Origin: Macrostomum lignano
Lineage: Eukaryota
Assembly (NCBI GenBank): GCA_002269645.1
Contig: NIVC01000299.1
Coordinates: forward strand, 124,001-188,000
Length of the DNA stretch: 64,000 bases
Direction of reading: 5' to 3'
Shown here: piece after piece, positions 12,701 to 26,046 of the stretch
Numbering within the stretch: the first letter of the stretch is position 1
Layout of the letters: every line of letters starts with the position of its first letter
Made by a program: the position numbers and the translations under genes
The notes under the pieces: model-generated
What the model saw: the letters and a program-made list of their open reading frames with translations, nothing else
Database searches by the model: none
What the model was told of the DNA's origin: nothing

Positions 12701-15700
12701 AGTGACATGGACTGTTACTGAGTGACATGGACTGTTACTGAGTGACATGGACGGTTACTGAGAGACATGGACTGTTACTGAGTGGCATGGACTGTTACTG
12801 AGAGACATGGACTGTTACTGAGTGGCATGGACTGTTACTGAGAGACATGGACTGTTACTGAGTGGCATGGACTGTTACTGAGTGACATGGACTGTTACTG
12901 AGAGACATGGACTGTTACTGAGTGGCATGGACTGTTACTGAGAGACATGGACTGTTACTGAGTGGCATGGACTGTTACTGAGTGACATGGACTGTTACTG
13001 AGTGACATGGACTGTTACTGAGTGACATGGACGGTTACTGAGAGACATGGACTGTTACTGAGTGGCATGGACTGTTACTGAGTGGCATGGACTGTTACTG
13101 AGTGGCAGTGACATGAAACTCGGACAGATTGATAATTTCGACCAGAACTCTGTAACCGTACCGTAGGGTTAAGTGACCGTCTCATTCGGACTCTCCGACC
13201 GTTAAACTATCATTTAGAATTTGCAACTCGATTAAGCAGAGCCTGGTTGCCGAACAGGATGTGTGCGCAATGACTGAGAGTGAAGCAGGAGAGTTATTTA
13301 AAGAAATTGGAGAGCCAGCTGTAGCCCCGCTCCGAAACTGTATGTCATCACCCAACACTAGTTTTGGCCTTCCGGTTTCACCTCAGGTGTCCTGCATCGC
13401 TCAGCTTTGAGCGAATTAATTTGCTGATTTTCTCATCCCCTTAAACAGCTCTCATTCTCCAAGCAAGCTGATTCACTGCGGAGCCAAGAGTTGTCTTCCT
13501 TCAGTCGGTTCATGCGACCGTCTCTATGCGGCCCTGTGTGTCGCTTTCGTCTGACTCGTGAAAAAAGCTGAATAAATAAATACTTTTTAGTTCTCTTTCA
13601 CTCTGGTTTCTAGTACCACCCTTAGAGGCCTGTAGTCTTAGACGGAAATATGTCTCAAGAGATAAATTAGAGAAGGTTTTGGAAGGAAATTTGTGAAACA
13701 GTAAATTGCTTTCCATCTGGTATGAACACAAATGTACTTTAATGGATAGTTCCATTGTGTTGTGTGGCTGCTTAAAGTTAATGCAGGGCACTTCTCACTT
13801 CTCACATGAATACAGGACACTGATCACATGAATGCAGGACACTGCTCACATGAATTCAGGACACTGCTCACATGAATACAGGACACTGCTCACATGAATA
13901 CAGGACACTGCTCACATGAATACAGGACACTGCTCACATGAATACAGGACACTGATCACATTAATACAGGACACTGATCACATGAAATTCGACTTTCAGA
14001 CAGTCAATCTGAAGCTAGCAGTCCCTACAATTTCATTCAACTCCCGCACTTAACTTTCCATTCGAAACAGAAATACTGTCCCTTTCGGATTTGGGACGAG
14101 TATTTCCCAAATGAATAATCCATACCCTGGGCGTGTCCTCTGCAGTGAGCTCTACTGTGCCTGAGTTCACCAACCTCCTGTCTGTAAATCTGTAAACTTG
14201 CTATGAATGGGGGAAGGCGACCGCACTGACCTCATTCAAAAGGTTGATCTGAGCGATTGCCCTCAAGGACTTAACTCATATGCGCTCAGCTCCCCTGACA
14301 CAGAGAGCGTATTTCAAACGGTTCCTCATAATCCTTTGATCTGTTTATGAGTGCCAGTCAAATAAACTGCTAGAACGATATGAACTGCCCTTCAAACAAA
14401 AATAGGGATATTTATAAAGCCAGAAATATCACATTAAAGAGTTTTGCTGAGCAAAATTATAAAAGTTGAGTAAGTAAGCATTCAGTTTTTTCATAGTTAA
14501 TTGAGAATTTGGCTGAGTTTCTCACTTTATCATACTCATACGGCCTGCCATTGGCCCATGCAGTCTAAGCATGCTTATCCTTGAACCTCGGTTCCTCAAC
14601 AACGTCGTTTTTGGGCCTCGTTTCCTCAACAACGTCGTTTTTGGGCCTCAGTTTTTCAGCAACGCCCCCCCCCTTTTTAAGCCTCGGTTCTTCAGCAACG
14701 CCCCCCCCCTTTTTAAGCCTCGGTTCTTCAGCAACGCCCCCCCTTTTTAAGCCTCGGTTCTTCAGCAACGCCCCCCCCCCTTTTTAAGCCTCGGTTCTTC
14801 AGCAACGCCCCCCCCCCCCTTTTTAAGCCTCGGTTCCTCAGCAACGCCCCCTTTTAAGCCTCGGTTCTTCAGCAACGCCCCCCCTTTTTAAGCCTCGGTT
14901 CTTCAGCAACGCCCCCTTTTAAGCCTCGGTTCTTCAGCAACGCCCCCTTTTTAAGCCACGGTTCTTCAGCAACGCCCCCTTTTAAGCCTCGGTTCTTCAG
15001 CAACGCCCCCTTTTTAAGCCTCTGTTCTTCAGCAACGCCCCCTATTAAGCCTCGGTTCCTCAGCAACGCCCCCTATTAAGCCTCGGTTCCTCAGCAACGC
15101 CCCCTTTTTAAGCCTCGGTTCTTCAGCAACGCCCCCTATTAAGCCTCGGTTCCTCAGCAACGCCCCCCTATTAAGCCTCGGTTCCTCAGCAACGCCCTCT
15201 ATTAAGCCTCGGTTCTTCAGCAACGCCCCCCCCCCTTTTTAAGCCTCGGTTCTTCAGCAACACCCCCTTTTAAGCCTCGGTTCTTCAGCAACGCCCCCTT
15301 TTTAAGCCTCTGTTCTTCAGCAACGCCCCCTATTAAGCCTCGGTTCCTCAGCAACGCCCCCTATTAAGCCTCGGTTCCTCAGCAACGCCCCCTTTTTAAG
15401 CCTCGGTTCTTCAGCAACGCCCCCTATTAAGCCTCGGTTCCTCAGCAACGCCCCCTATTAAGCCTCGGTTCCTCAGCAACGCCCTCTATTAAGCCTCGGT
15501 TCCTCAGCAACGCCCCCTATTAAGCCTCGGTTCCTCAGCAACGCCCCCCTATTAAGCCTCGGTTCCTCAGCAACGCCCCCTATTAAGCCTCGGTTCCTCA
15601 GCAGCACCTCTTTTTAGCTTAAACCTCGGTTCCTCAGCAGCGTTCCTATGAGACTTGACTTCTGAGAAACACTTCTCAGTATATTGTTTCTGCGATAGAA

Positions 15701-18700
15701 ATGCTGCTGAATACAAACTAATAGCACCCTTTTCCTGATGTATTGTCGACTAGAACAAATTATGTGTGCAGTTTTTCATAGTAGAAGGCTATAGTAGAAA
15801 GTGAAAGTACGCCCCGTCCTAAAAGTCGGTTTTTACACCCAACATGCCCCCCCCCCTAAACGAGTTGGTATCGCATTGCATTGCCACGTCCAACCGCAAA
15901 CTTGGCCATGGAGACGCGCCCAGGCAAGAGACGATTTTGGTTGAGTTTTGTTTGGTTTTTAAGAAATTCTAGCCTGCATGCAATACGTTTGCACCGCGCT
16001 CGATACAAAAGTACCAAGTGTTCTTGCACCTGTCACGTGATGGTCATCAATCACATGCATTTCTTCACTGCTTGTGGCGATTGTAATGTTTCACCACCCG
16101 AATAACCCGTCTAAAACCAATGGCGCATGTAGCGGCTGCATCACCCAATTACAAGCCCTGAAAGCAACGAATCTGCTTTGGGGAAGAGGTCACGCCTAGG
16201 GCAGAATAGACCGATTTAAATTATAAAGGATTATGAAGTGGAGAGAACTATGAGAGCAATTTTCACCTCTGGTCCCAAATACGAGGTTGGATCGCAGAGA
16301 AAGCGCTAAAATCAGTCAAGCATGAAAAATGGCCTGTCTTGCCCTGCTCGAGCAATTATTGTTGGAAAGAAATCGACGAGGTAAACAAAGTCTTGCCGTC
16401 TTGGCACACACAGCTCAGTGTGTATTGTCGAAGACCTACCTGCAGCTGCTTAATCTGCGCCCGAAATTCCAATTTGTCATCGCCGTGAACTCGCGCACAA
16501 GACTTCTCTGGCGGGGCAGGTACACCCGGTGTGCGGTAGGCTACAATTCACCTGAACCTACCTGTAGATCTAGGACTTGGGCATTGAGAGAGTCAGGGGG
16601 TGAGGCACAACTGCGTCACTGGGCGTAACTGATTGCCTATTAGCCCGCAATTCAGTATGCTCTCTCCTCCGTTCGTTAGTAGTTTCACTTTTTCTCCATG
16701 CATTTAGCCGGGTGTGCAGTGGCGCTGGGCTGAAGTTTCTCAGCGTGGCAGCGGGAGGGGCGCGACACAAGGGGGGGGGGTCTTGACTCTTGCCGCTTGA
16801 CTGCAGCAGCTCTGCCTGCCGGGGTAGGGGTTGCTAGGCGGAGCAAGTCAAGGACATCGTAAACAGAGAATCTGGATTGCCAACTAATATTTTTCAGAAC
16901 TCTCTTTCTCTAGACTGGAGTTTTGTCCATCAACTCTATCAACTCCAGAAAGTCCTGTAATTGTTTTATTTATATTTTTCACAATAAAAACTTGCCTTCA
17001 TACCAGCTTTTTTACGAGCTATCTAGACTTTTATTCAGAGTTGCCAGCTTTTCAACAAAAAGGAGTACGAAGGATTTACTCAATTGAAAGTCTACAGTCA
17101 GCGTGTTGAGTCTTGCAGCTGATGCACCCCGCATTCTGGTCTCAGGTCTCCTTGGACAAGCCAGCCAAAGTCCCTAACCCCAGCTTGATTCCATTTCTCA
17201 GGCAAACTCAACTCCCCCTCCCCAAACACAGCCAGTCGGGCTCCCGAATTCTTGTGCCGATTTCATTTTCTTTTCTCCAATATTTCTTTCTTTTTTCGCT
17301 TTTCTTTAGCTGGACCCTCGGAGAGCGGCTGAAGGCGAAGTATATGGAAAATAAAGAGAAATTTCACACGGCACACAAGCGTTCCAGTTGGATACTATTA
17401 GAGCGAGTAATGGCCAGTACACGGCATGACTTGTGGTGCTCTGAATAGCAGCCGCATTTCACGGCTTTTTCGCCCACTTTTACTTGAAATTCTGAGCAGC
17501 ACAGAATTCTGTTAGTCTCCTTTTGAGTATGAAAGTTTCAATTGCCGAGCAGTCGATTAACTCTTAGTAATAGAGTAGTATAAATTCAGTTAAACTCAGA
17601 CGTACCCTGAGGAGGGAAGGGTTGTGTCAGGGAGAAGCTAAATTAGGTGTCAGGGAGAGGCTGGATCAGGTGTCAGGGAGAGGCTGGACTAGGTGTCAGG
17701 GAGAGGCTGGACTAGGTGTCAGGGAGAGGCTGGATCAGGTGTCAGGGAGAGGCTGGACTAGGTTTCAGGGAGAGGCTGGACTAGGTGTCAGGGAGAGGCT
17801 GGACTAGGTGTCAGGGAGAGGCTGGACTAGGTGTCAGGGAGAGGCTGGATCAGGTGTCAGGGAGAGGCTGGACTAGGTGTCAGGGAGAGGCTGGATCAGG
17901 TGTCAGGGAGGGGCTGGATCAGGTGTCAGGGAGAGGCTGGACTAGGTGTCAGGGAGAGGCTGGATCAGGTGTCAGGGAGGGGCTGGATCAGGTGTCAGGG
18001 AGGGGCTGGACTAGGTGTCAGGGAGAGGCTGGATCAGGTGTCAGGGAGAGGCTGGACTAGGTGTCAGGGAGAGGCTGGATCAGGTGTCAGGGAGAGGCTG
18101 GACTAGGTGTCAGGGAGAGGCTGGACTAGGTGTCAGGGAGAGGCTGGACTAGGTGTCAGGGAGAGGCTGGACTAGGTATCAGGGAGAGGCTGAATCAGGT
18201 GTCAGGGAGGGCCCAGATTGCAACTAAGTGTCTGAAAAGGGAAGAAACTATTTTTCAGATGGGACCGATCGTTTGTCAGGGAGCGTATGAGTTAGCTGCC
18301 AAGAATGGCCGAATTGAATGTCAGGGAGGGTATGAGTTAGCTGCCAAGAATGGCCGAATTGAATGTCAGGGAGGGTATGAGTTAGCTGCCAAGAATGGCC
18401 GAATTGAATGTCAGGGAGGGTATGAGTTAGCTGTCAAGAAAGACCGAATTGAATGTCAGGGAGGGTATGAGTTAGCTGTCAAGAAAGACCGAATTGAATG
18501 TCAGGGAGGGTATGAGTTAGCTGTCAAGAAAGACCGAATTGAATGTCAGGGAGGGTATGAGTTAGCTGTCAAGAAAGACCGAATTGAATGTCAGGGAGGG
18601 TATGAGTTAGCTGTCAAGAAAGACCGAATGGAATATCAGGGAGGGCTGAATGGGCTACCACATGCGCGAGTCTGTTACCCAGGACACCTGAGTCTGTTAC

Positions 18701-21700
18701 CCGGGACACCTGAGTCTGTTACCCGGGACACCTGAGTCTGTTACCCGGGACACCTGAGTCTGTTACCCGGGACACCTGAGTCTGTTACCCGGGACACCTG
18801 AGTCTGTTACCCGGGACACCTGAGTCTGTTACCCGGGACACCTGAGTCTGTTACCCGGGACACCTGAGTCTGTTACCCGGGACACCTGAGTCTGTTACCC
18901 GGGACACCTGAGTCTGTTACCCGGGACACCTGAGTCTGTTACCCGGGACACCTGAGTCTGTTACCCGGGACACCTGAGTCTGTTACCCGGGACACCTGAG
19001 TCTGTTACCCGGGACACCTGAGTCTGTTACCCGGGACACCTGAGTCTGTTACCCGGGACACCTGAGTCTGTTATCCGGGACACCTGAGTCTGTTACCCGG
19101 GACACCTGAGTCTGTTACCCGGGACACCTGAGTCTGTTACCCGGGACACCTGAGTCTGTTACCCGGGACACCTGAGTCTGTTACCCGGGACACCTGAGTC
19201 TGTTACCCGGGACACCTGAGTCTGTTACCCGGGACACCTGAGTCTGTTACCCGGGACACCTGAGTCTGTTACCCGGGACACCTGAGTCTGTTACCCGGGA
19301 CACCTGAGTCTGTTACCCGGGACACCTGAGTCTGTTACCCGGGACACCTGAGTCTGTTACCCGGGACACCTGAGTCTGTTACCCGGGACACCTGAGTCTG
19401 TTACCCGGGACACCTGAGTCTGTTACCCGGGACACCTGAGTCTGTTACCCGGGACACCTGAGTCTGTTACCCGGGACACCTGAGTCTGTTACCCGGGACA
19501 CCTGAGTCTGTTACCCGGGACACCTGAGTCTGTTACCCGGGACACCTGAGTCTGTTACCCGGGACACCTGAGTCTGTTACCCGGGACACCTGAGTCTGTT
19601 ACCCGGGACACCTGAGTCTGTTACCCGGGACACCTGAGTCTGTTACCCGGGACACCTGAGTCTGTTACCCGGGACACCTGAGTCTGCTGTAACGGCTGGA
19701 CAGCACCGACGCTGCAGTTCAGCGGTGACCACTGCAGCCATGGTCCGTCTGCCTACAATTTTAATATAAACTTCATGTCAAGCAAAGACTGGAATTGCAT
19801 AGAGCCTCACACGCCCGACATATAAAACGTGTGCTGGCATGTTAATTTGACGTGCGACTCCCAAATCTCCCGTCAGAGCAATGCATAACGCACTGCGGGC
19901 AGTTGAGCTGGGAGGGAGAACTGCCGAAATTTTTGTGAAATTTTTTACCCTTCTCTTAGCTGCTCTGTTTGCTCTGCTGTAACTTGTCAGTCTGACTGCG
20001 GTACGTCAGCCCCCACCCCCCTGCCATGTGGTAGCAACTGGAGCTGAAAGTCTAGAAGAGTCAGACTGGCCTGTTTTTGACGAGTACGTTGAAGAAATAG
20101 AAAAAAATTCAGCAATTCACATTGTTTATTTTACTGAAATTCCAACGAAACTACTAACTGTTGTGTGTAAGTAGAGAGGAACGATTTTTAAGCGTAATGA
20201 TAGGAAAAAAGTTAAAATTTCAAATATGACACATACATGTATTGAAGTTGTACTTCTCATCCCCACCCGGTCCCGACAGAGTCTGCCTGGAACGCGAGCG
20301 GGCCGCCAGAGAGGCCGCCGAGTCGCGACGTCGCGAGCTGGAGGACCGGGTGCAGGAGCTGGAGCGAATGCAGGCCGGAATGTCGGACGAGCGCGAGGAG
20401 CGGGCGAGTCGGCTGGCCGACATGGAGCGCCAGATGGAGGAAATCCAGCGACAGAAAGACGAGCTGGAGGCGGCCAGGGCGCGGGTTGAAGAAATCCGCC
20501 TCCAGCTGGAGTCTGAGGCGCAGCTCAGCCAAGTGCGCAACCTGCACAAACCCCAAACTGCACAAACCTTAAACTGCACAAACCCCAAACTGCACAAACC
20601 CCAAACTGCACAAACCCCAAACTGCACAAACCCCAAACTGCACAAACCCCAAACTGCACAAACCCCAAACTGCACAAAACTTAAACTGCACAAACCCCAA
20701 ACTGCACAAACCCCAAACTGCACAAACCTTAAACTGCACAAACCCCAAACTGCACAAACCCCAAACTGCACAAACCCCAAACTGCACAAACCCCAAACTG
20801 CACAAACCCCAAGCTGCACAAACCCCAAACTGCACAAACCCCAAGCTGCACAAACCCCAAACTGCACAAACCCTAAACTGCACAAACCCCAAACTGCACA
20901 AACCCCAAACTGCACAAACCCCAAACTGCACAAACCCCAAACTGCACAAACCCCAAACTGCACAAACCCCAAACTGCACAAACCCCAAACTGCACAAACC
21001 CCAAACTGCACAAACCCCAAACTGCACAAACCCCAAACGCTAGGCTGCACTGCTTTTCTTCGGTAGGCAATCTGCTGTATCGTCAATGCAATCAGGAGAA
21101 AAGTCCAACAATTGCGTCTCAATCGGATAATATTCCAGGAGGAGCGTCGTCGCCTTCAAGAGGAGAATCAACGAGCTCAGGCGCTCGTCGCGGCGCGTGA
21201 AGACGAGGCGCGCCAGGCAGCCGAGGAGCTGCAGACGATGCGAGGCCAGCAGCAGCAGCAGCAGCAGCAGCGCCAGCGCCACCAGGCGGTCCACTCGGCG
21301 GCTCCGGCTGCTCCTGAGCCAGCGGTGCAGCCGAGGCGTGCCAACCAGGCGCTGGCAGCGGCGACGCCCCAGAAGATGCAGCCGTCGATGACGGCGGCTC
21401 CGACGCAGCACCTGCGAGAGATCGACGACGAGCCGCAAAGTGAGTGGGCGGGCAGAAGTTTTGCTGTAGCAAATTAATTATTTTTTCCTGCAAGCGGCTG
21501 CTAAGCGGCTACTAAGCATTAATTTACAAACTCTCTGGTTAAATCACTCACCAACTACTAAAGTCTACTTAATACCATCGTCATCAGTCTTTATAATTTC
21601 TGAGTCGTTAATAAGCTACAAAAAAGTCGCGTGATCTAATTTTGCATCGATGAAACGAATGATGTCTCAATTTCACACGCGACTTCCGCCAGTACAACCA

Positions 21701-23786
21701 ACGAGGTCATCCGAGGTCAACGCCAGCCGTGTGGCGGCCCGCACTGCCTCCCACTCAAGCAGCGGCAGCGTGTCCGCAGCCTCAGGTTTTGATCCCTTTT
21801 TTGTTTGCCAGCACTGATGCAGTTCATTTGCCGAGCTAATTTTGAGTGGCGTTGGTGTTGTAGTCTTCTGCGTGCACTCTATTGCGCGTCCTTGGTAGAG
21901 GACAAGCACTTATCCTTTATTTTTACGTTTTCCTGGGAGAGAGAGGCGTGCGCATTTCGTCTGGTGGCAGCGGTGGGATCCAAATCCCCGCCATCTTTCC
22001 GTCTTTCATGGTGTCTCAACTTTATCACCTCAGTACCTCGTAGACACTTTGGTTGGATGAGCAGTCAAAGACCACAGTTGCATACAGAGACGTGCGTATG
22101 GAAATTTACAGGTAGCTTCGAAATGCTTCATTGAAAAGTTTTTTTTCGATTTGTTTTAAGCCACCAAATTGACCGACTTTCGCTATCTGTACTTTCATTC
22201 TTAATTCATTGCAAGTTTGTATTTTGTTCTTCAAGATTGTCTATTCACATTTTCAAAGTAATTTATTTGGGTTTGAAAGCAATTGAAAGCACGACGTGTT
22301 CTTCATACAAGTGGATTTGCTCGTTCTTGTACAAGCTAGGGGTTTTAGCCTAGTGGTTTGACAGCCGGGCTCGCGACTTGAAGGTCGGGGATTCGATTCC
22401 CGATCCCACTGGAACAATCTGTCTCCTTGAGCAAGACGCTTAATTCTGCATTGCTTCAGTTCACCCAGCTGTAAAATGGGTGCCAGCATTAGCTGGGGTT
22501 ATTGGGGCTGTGTGGCGACCCCCCAGTCCTTGGACTGAACAGCCATACGCAGCCTTCAGATGCGCCGCGCAATAGCTGGGGCTGAGCTGTCGGTAGCACA
22601 TATGGCCCTAATGGGACAGGTGTAATCAATTATTATATAATTACAAGCTTGGACTTCCGGCCTTCCAGGAGATAAGAAGCTGGTTGATTTACAGCAAGAA
22701 ACCGAAAATGCTCTTCATCGATATTGTCTTTTGAAGCAGCATATTCCTGTAGATTTGAAGTTGTCACGACATCTTACTAGCAGTGATCCATATGATCTTA
22801 GTCTGCTTTTTGTTTTCCATATTTTGAATCCACTAATGTCGCATAAAAATTTGTTTTTATGTGGTATATTGGTGCAGGGAATCTGTACGTTCCATGATTC
22901 ATTTTATAAATGCGAATTAAACCAGTTTAAATTATTTTTTTTTATTTAGCTAGTTTGTAAGGGGCTTCGGGCACTGTCGAGTTTGGGATCTGCGCCTTGA
23001 CGGTTGTCCCTCAAGAACATAAACCCTACGATCGACAAGCCGGGGTCAGTGCTCGGGGTCAGTGCTCGGGGTCAGTGCTCGGGGTCAGTGCTCGGGGTCA
23101 GTGCTCGGGGTCAGTGCTCGGGGTCAGTGCTCGGGGTCAGTGCTCGGGGTCAGTGCTCGGGGTCAGTGCTCGGGGTCAGTGCTCGGGGTCAGTGCTCGGG
23201 GTCAGTGCTCGGGGTCAGTGCTCGGGGTCAGTGCTCGGGGTCAGTGCTCGGGGTCAGTGCTCGGGGTCAGTGCTCGGGTCAGTGCTCGGGGTCAGTGCTC
23301 GGGGTCAGTGCTCGGGGTCAGTGCTCGGGGTCAGTGCTCGGGGTCAGTGCTCGGGGTCAGTGCTCGGGGTCAGTGCTCGGGGTCAGTGCTCGGGGTCAGT
23401 GCTCGGGGTCAGTGCTCGGGGTCAGTGCTCGGGGTCAGTGGAGCGGGCATGGCTGCATGGCCTCATCCTCGCTTGCAGCGGCTGACCAACCCACCCGCCA
23501 TCCAACTGCAGAGGAGCGCAACTACAGCCTGGAGACGTTCCAAAACGGCGAGCCGACGGTGCCCCGAGCCGAATACCGGGAGGAGTACATGCACAGCCGC
23601 GACGTGAAGGCCCGCCTGGACGAGATGCGCGACCAGTTCCGCTCAGTGCGGCATGAAGACCGAGTCCAGCCCATCGACAAAATCCACGAGAGCAACGTGC
23701 GCGAGGGCCGGTCGAAATTCCGAACGCTGCAGAAAATCCGAATGGGCAACACGAAGAAAAGAATCGACGAGTTTGAGTCCATGTGA
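9786..23786 (+). CDS. ERM: Ezrin/radixin/moesin (ERM) protein; 8 coding exons
   Basis: Exons 9786-9797, 9920-10002, 10131-10427, 10586-10999, 12480-12642, 20280-20532, 21139-21439 and 23479-23786 with GT/AG boundaries and consistent phases. FERM motifs [36 protein letters not shown] and [27 protein letters not shown]; a coiled coil; C-terminal [23 protein letters not shown]. Apparent 1-nt deletions at ~9971 and ~12500. Confidence 0.95.
11055..12220. repeat. 22-bp intronic minisatellite (TCTAGCAGCTGATGTTCTCGTG)
   Basis: About 50 tandem copies in ERM intron 4. Confidence 0.95.
12665..13110. repeat. 20-bp intronic minisatellite (GAGTGACATGGACTGTTACT)
   Basis: Tandem copies starting ~25 nt after the ERM exon 5 donor. 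Confidence 0.95.
13800..13985. repeat. 22-bp minisatellite (TGCTCACATGAATACAGGACAC)
   Basis: About 8 tandem copies. Confidence 0.9.
14580..15650. repeat. ~30-36-bp minisatellite (AAGCCTCGGTTCTTCAGCAACGCCCCC-T(n))
   Basis: Tandem copies with variable C/T runs and a higher-order duplicated block. Confidence 0.95.
17625..18210. repeat. 23-bp minisatellite (GTGTCAGGGAGAGGCTGGACTAG)
   Basis: Tandem copies; source of spurious CQGEAG ORFs. Confidence 0.95.
18285..18645. repeat. 45-bp minisatellite (TGTCAGGGAGGGTATGAGTTAGCTGTCAAGAAAGACCGAATTGAA)
   Basis: About 8 copies; shares TGTCAGGGAG with the adjacent 23-mer array. Confidence 0.95.
18668..19687. repeat. Nearly invariant 22-bp minisatellite (GAGTCTGTTACCCGGGACACCT), ~46 copies
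   Basis: Only one internal variant seen (ttatccggg near 19072). Confidence 0.97.
20540..21037. repeat. 16-bp intronic minisatellite (AAACTGCACAAACCCC)
   Basis: Fills ERM intron 6, starting a few nt after the donor. Confidence 0.95.
22338..22641 (+). mobile_element. tRNA-derived CORE-type SINE with 8-bp TSD
   Basis: A-box TAGCCTAGTGG, B-box-like GGATTCGATTCCC, and CORE-like CCTTGAGCAAG...CTTCAGTT...CTGTAAAATGGG. TSD TACAAGCT at 22330-22337 and 22642-22649. A second copy lies at 61466. Confidence 0.85.
23042..23437. repeat. 13-bp minisatellite (GGGGTCAGTGCTC), ~30 copies
   Basis: Ends ~40 nt before the last ERM acceptor. Confidence 0.95.
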
Positions 23787-26046
23787 GCAAACTAAGGACA
23801 ACTGTGCGGTCTCCCATGAACTTCCCATCGTAACTTCGCGTGTAAAAGTTTCAAGAGTCACTTCAATTCGTTCTGACATTCGAGAATGAGAAGTGATCTT
23901 GCAACTGCTTTAGCATTCAAGCACCAGTGTTGAGTGCAATTGTGTGTTCGCTAAATTATTCTGATGATATCTGCTCTTTATGCTACACTGGATATTTATT
24001 GTCACTAGGAGTAAATGGGTTACTTAATGGGACGCAGCCACAGTGGTCCTTCATTGATTTACAAAAAGTACATCATGGCAGTCGATCAAATGAGAAGCCT
24101 GCCAATGAAAAAGTTTGCATGGTTGCGCCCTGAGGGATGACCTTGTGCCTATGATTGAAACGATGTAAAATAGTTTTTCTTTTGGTGTCAGATTTTTTTA
24201 ACTTGTAGCAGAATTGTTTTTGTCCAATGTGCGTGCACTGCTTTTGCTTTTGCAACTTGAAACTCTACGTATTCGAGCTTCCTTCAAGGTTTTAATATTT
24301 GTCTTTATACTCTGAGACTTCCCTGTATCCACAGCTTCACAAACAGCTTTTGCAATTTGCGTCTTTGTCTTCCACAGTTTATTTTTGTCACAATTTTTTG
24401 TGCACCTTTGACTTCATCTTCAGTAGCTGCAATTTGTGACGCTCAGAATTTGAGCAACTCTTCAATTCGTGGGAAGAAAGTTAGGGATTGAAATGAACGC
24501 ATCAATGCTTGATTAGTGTCCTTCCATCAGTGGGCTCCTCAAATCAATTGATAATTCTATAGCCGCAAAACCGATTCCCCCGATAATTAATTTCATAATC
24601 CTTTAGCAACTCTGTGCAACTGTTTTGAACTTGTGTTTATTTAACTGCGCCATGGTAGCATGTCTTGCACTTTTATTTTTAGAAAACTTCAGCCATGCGT
24701 CGCATCAAGCCGGATGTACAAGTACATCTAGAGCAAAAACTTCAAAGTGTTTACAAGCCAATCTATCACCTTTGCCTAGCATTGTCCAAACCCATATTAT
24801 ATTCTATATAATGCCAGGTCACCATAAACAGTTGCCCCTCCCCTACTGTAGTTTTTAGTTATATGTACATCTACGATACCTATAGTTACTACCTGTACCA
24901 GCATTTATATGTGCTCGATTATTTGTTCCTCTTGTTGCGGTGTTGAAAATCGCTAATTATTATATTTTCTCTATCTCACTGATCTAAAACTTTGAGCAAA
25001 CAGCTGCAAACTACATGTACCTGCATGGCCATTTTCGAACGCTGGAAGATGCCACAGCCTTTTCTGCCTTTTTCATTCCCGCCTATTGATACACATTTCA
25101 CCTTGGCCACAAGGGGCGCTGCTGGTCTCCATGCGCTGTGTTCATTGCAATAAACAAGTAATGATATTGATAAAATTTTAAATTAGTACTTGCAATTGTC
25201 ACCTTCTCATTACCGTCTTTTTGATGCTTTTTGATGTCCTTTTGACATGCACATTTATGCTTAATTAGTATCGTATTACACGCAGATGATGCAAAATGGT
25301 CATAAACGGACAATTCACAAGGCACGAGTGCAGTGTAGTCCCCTTCTGCTTGAACACCGCAAAAATCTCGTTGTTAGTGACAAAAAGTGTAGACTATGCC
25401 AAAATTTGCATTTCGATTTTATTTCATCATCCTATTCGAGTTTTATGCTTTCAAGACTGTTGGGGTATAGTTATCGCTGTTTAGCTACAATAAGTTTAAT
25501 AGAATCTACACTTACTTATACATGGATACTTACATGAAGTGACAGATACTTGCTGCCCTTTGATCGTTGAGACAATGATGATTCATGCGATTGGAAGGCT
25601 TTCCGGGCTTTAGAGTGCAGAAAATGATTGTTTAGAGCTCTGGCCTTCCACTCCAGATATTGTTGTCATTAAGTACCCGATATGGCTAATCGAGAATCGA
25701 CAGCGAGAGACATCTTGCGCAATTGCCGACCGACTCCATCTAGCAGGCCACATCGCACTAATCATCATTTTTAACATTTATACATGCCTTTTTGCTGGCC
25801 AGATTTAGTGGAGGAGTTTTAAATAGGATGAGGCCCTCAATGGGTCATGTTTCATTCAAGGACAACATAACTTCAGTTGTCCTTGGTTTCATTACTATCA
25901 ACGTCGCTCTTTAAATCCCACCGACAACCCCTCCTGAACCTCTGAAAAAACGCTTCAATTTTTTCCTAGTGATCTCCTGCAAGAAAAAGATCCAATATAC
26001 CTGTGGGAGCGAATGGCTTTGCCTTTGTTGTCCTGTACTGCTCGAG

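Noticed and set aside
16380-16620. Possible nested antisense micro-exons ([10 protein letters not shown] / [14 protein letters not shown]) with gtaggt donors
   Set aside because: Needs a non-optimal acceptor, there is an upstream stop, and I recognise no homolog.
17622-18735. [15 protein letters not shown] repeat ORFs
   Set aside because: Minisatellite read-through inside ERM intron 5.
22338-22410. tRNA gene
   Set aside because: The A/B boxes belong to a SINE head; there is no complete cloverleaf.
24180-24480. Lys/Glu-rich minus-strand coding-like relic
   Set aside because: Frameshifted with stops and no identifiable family.
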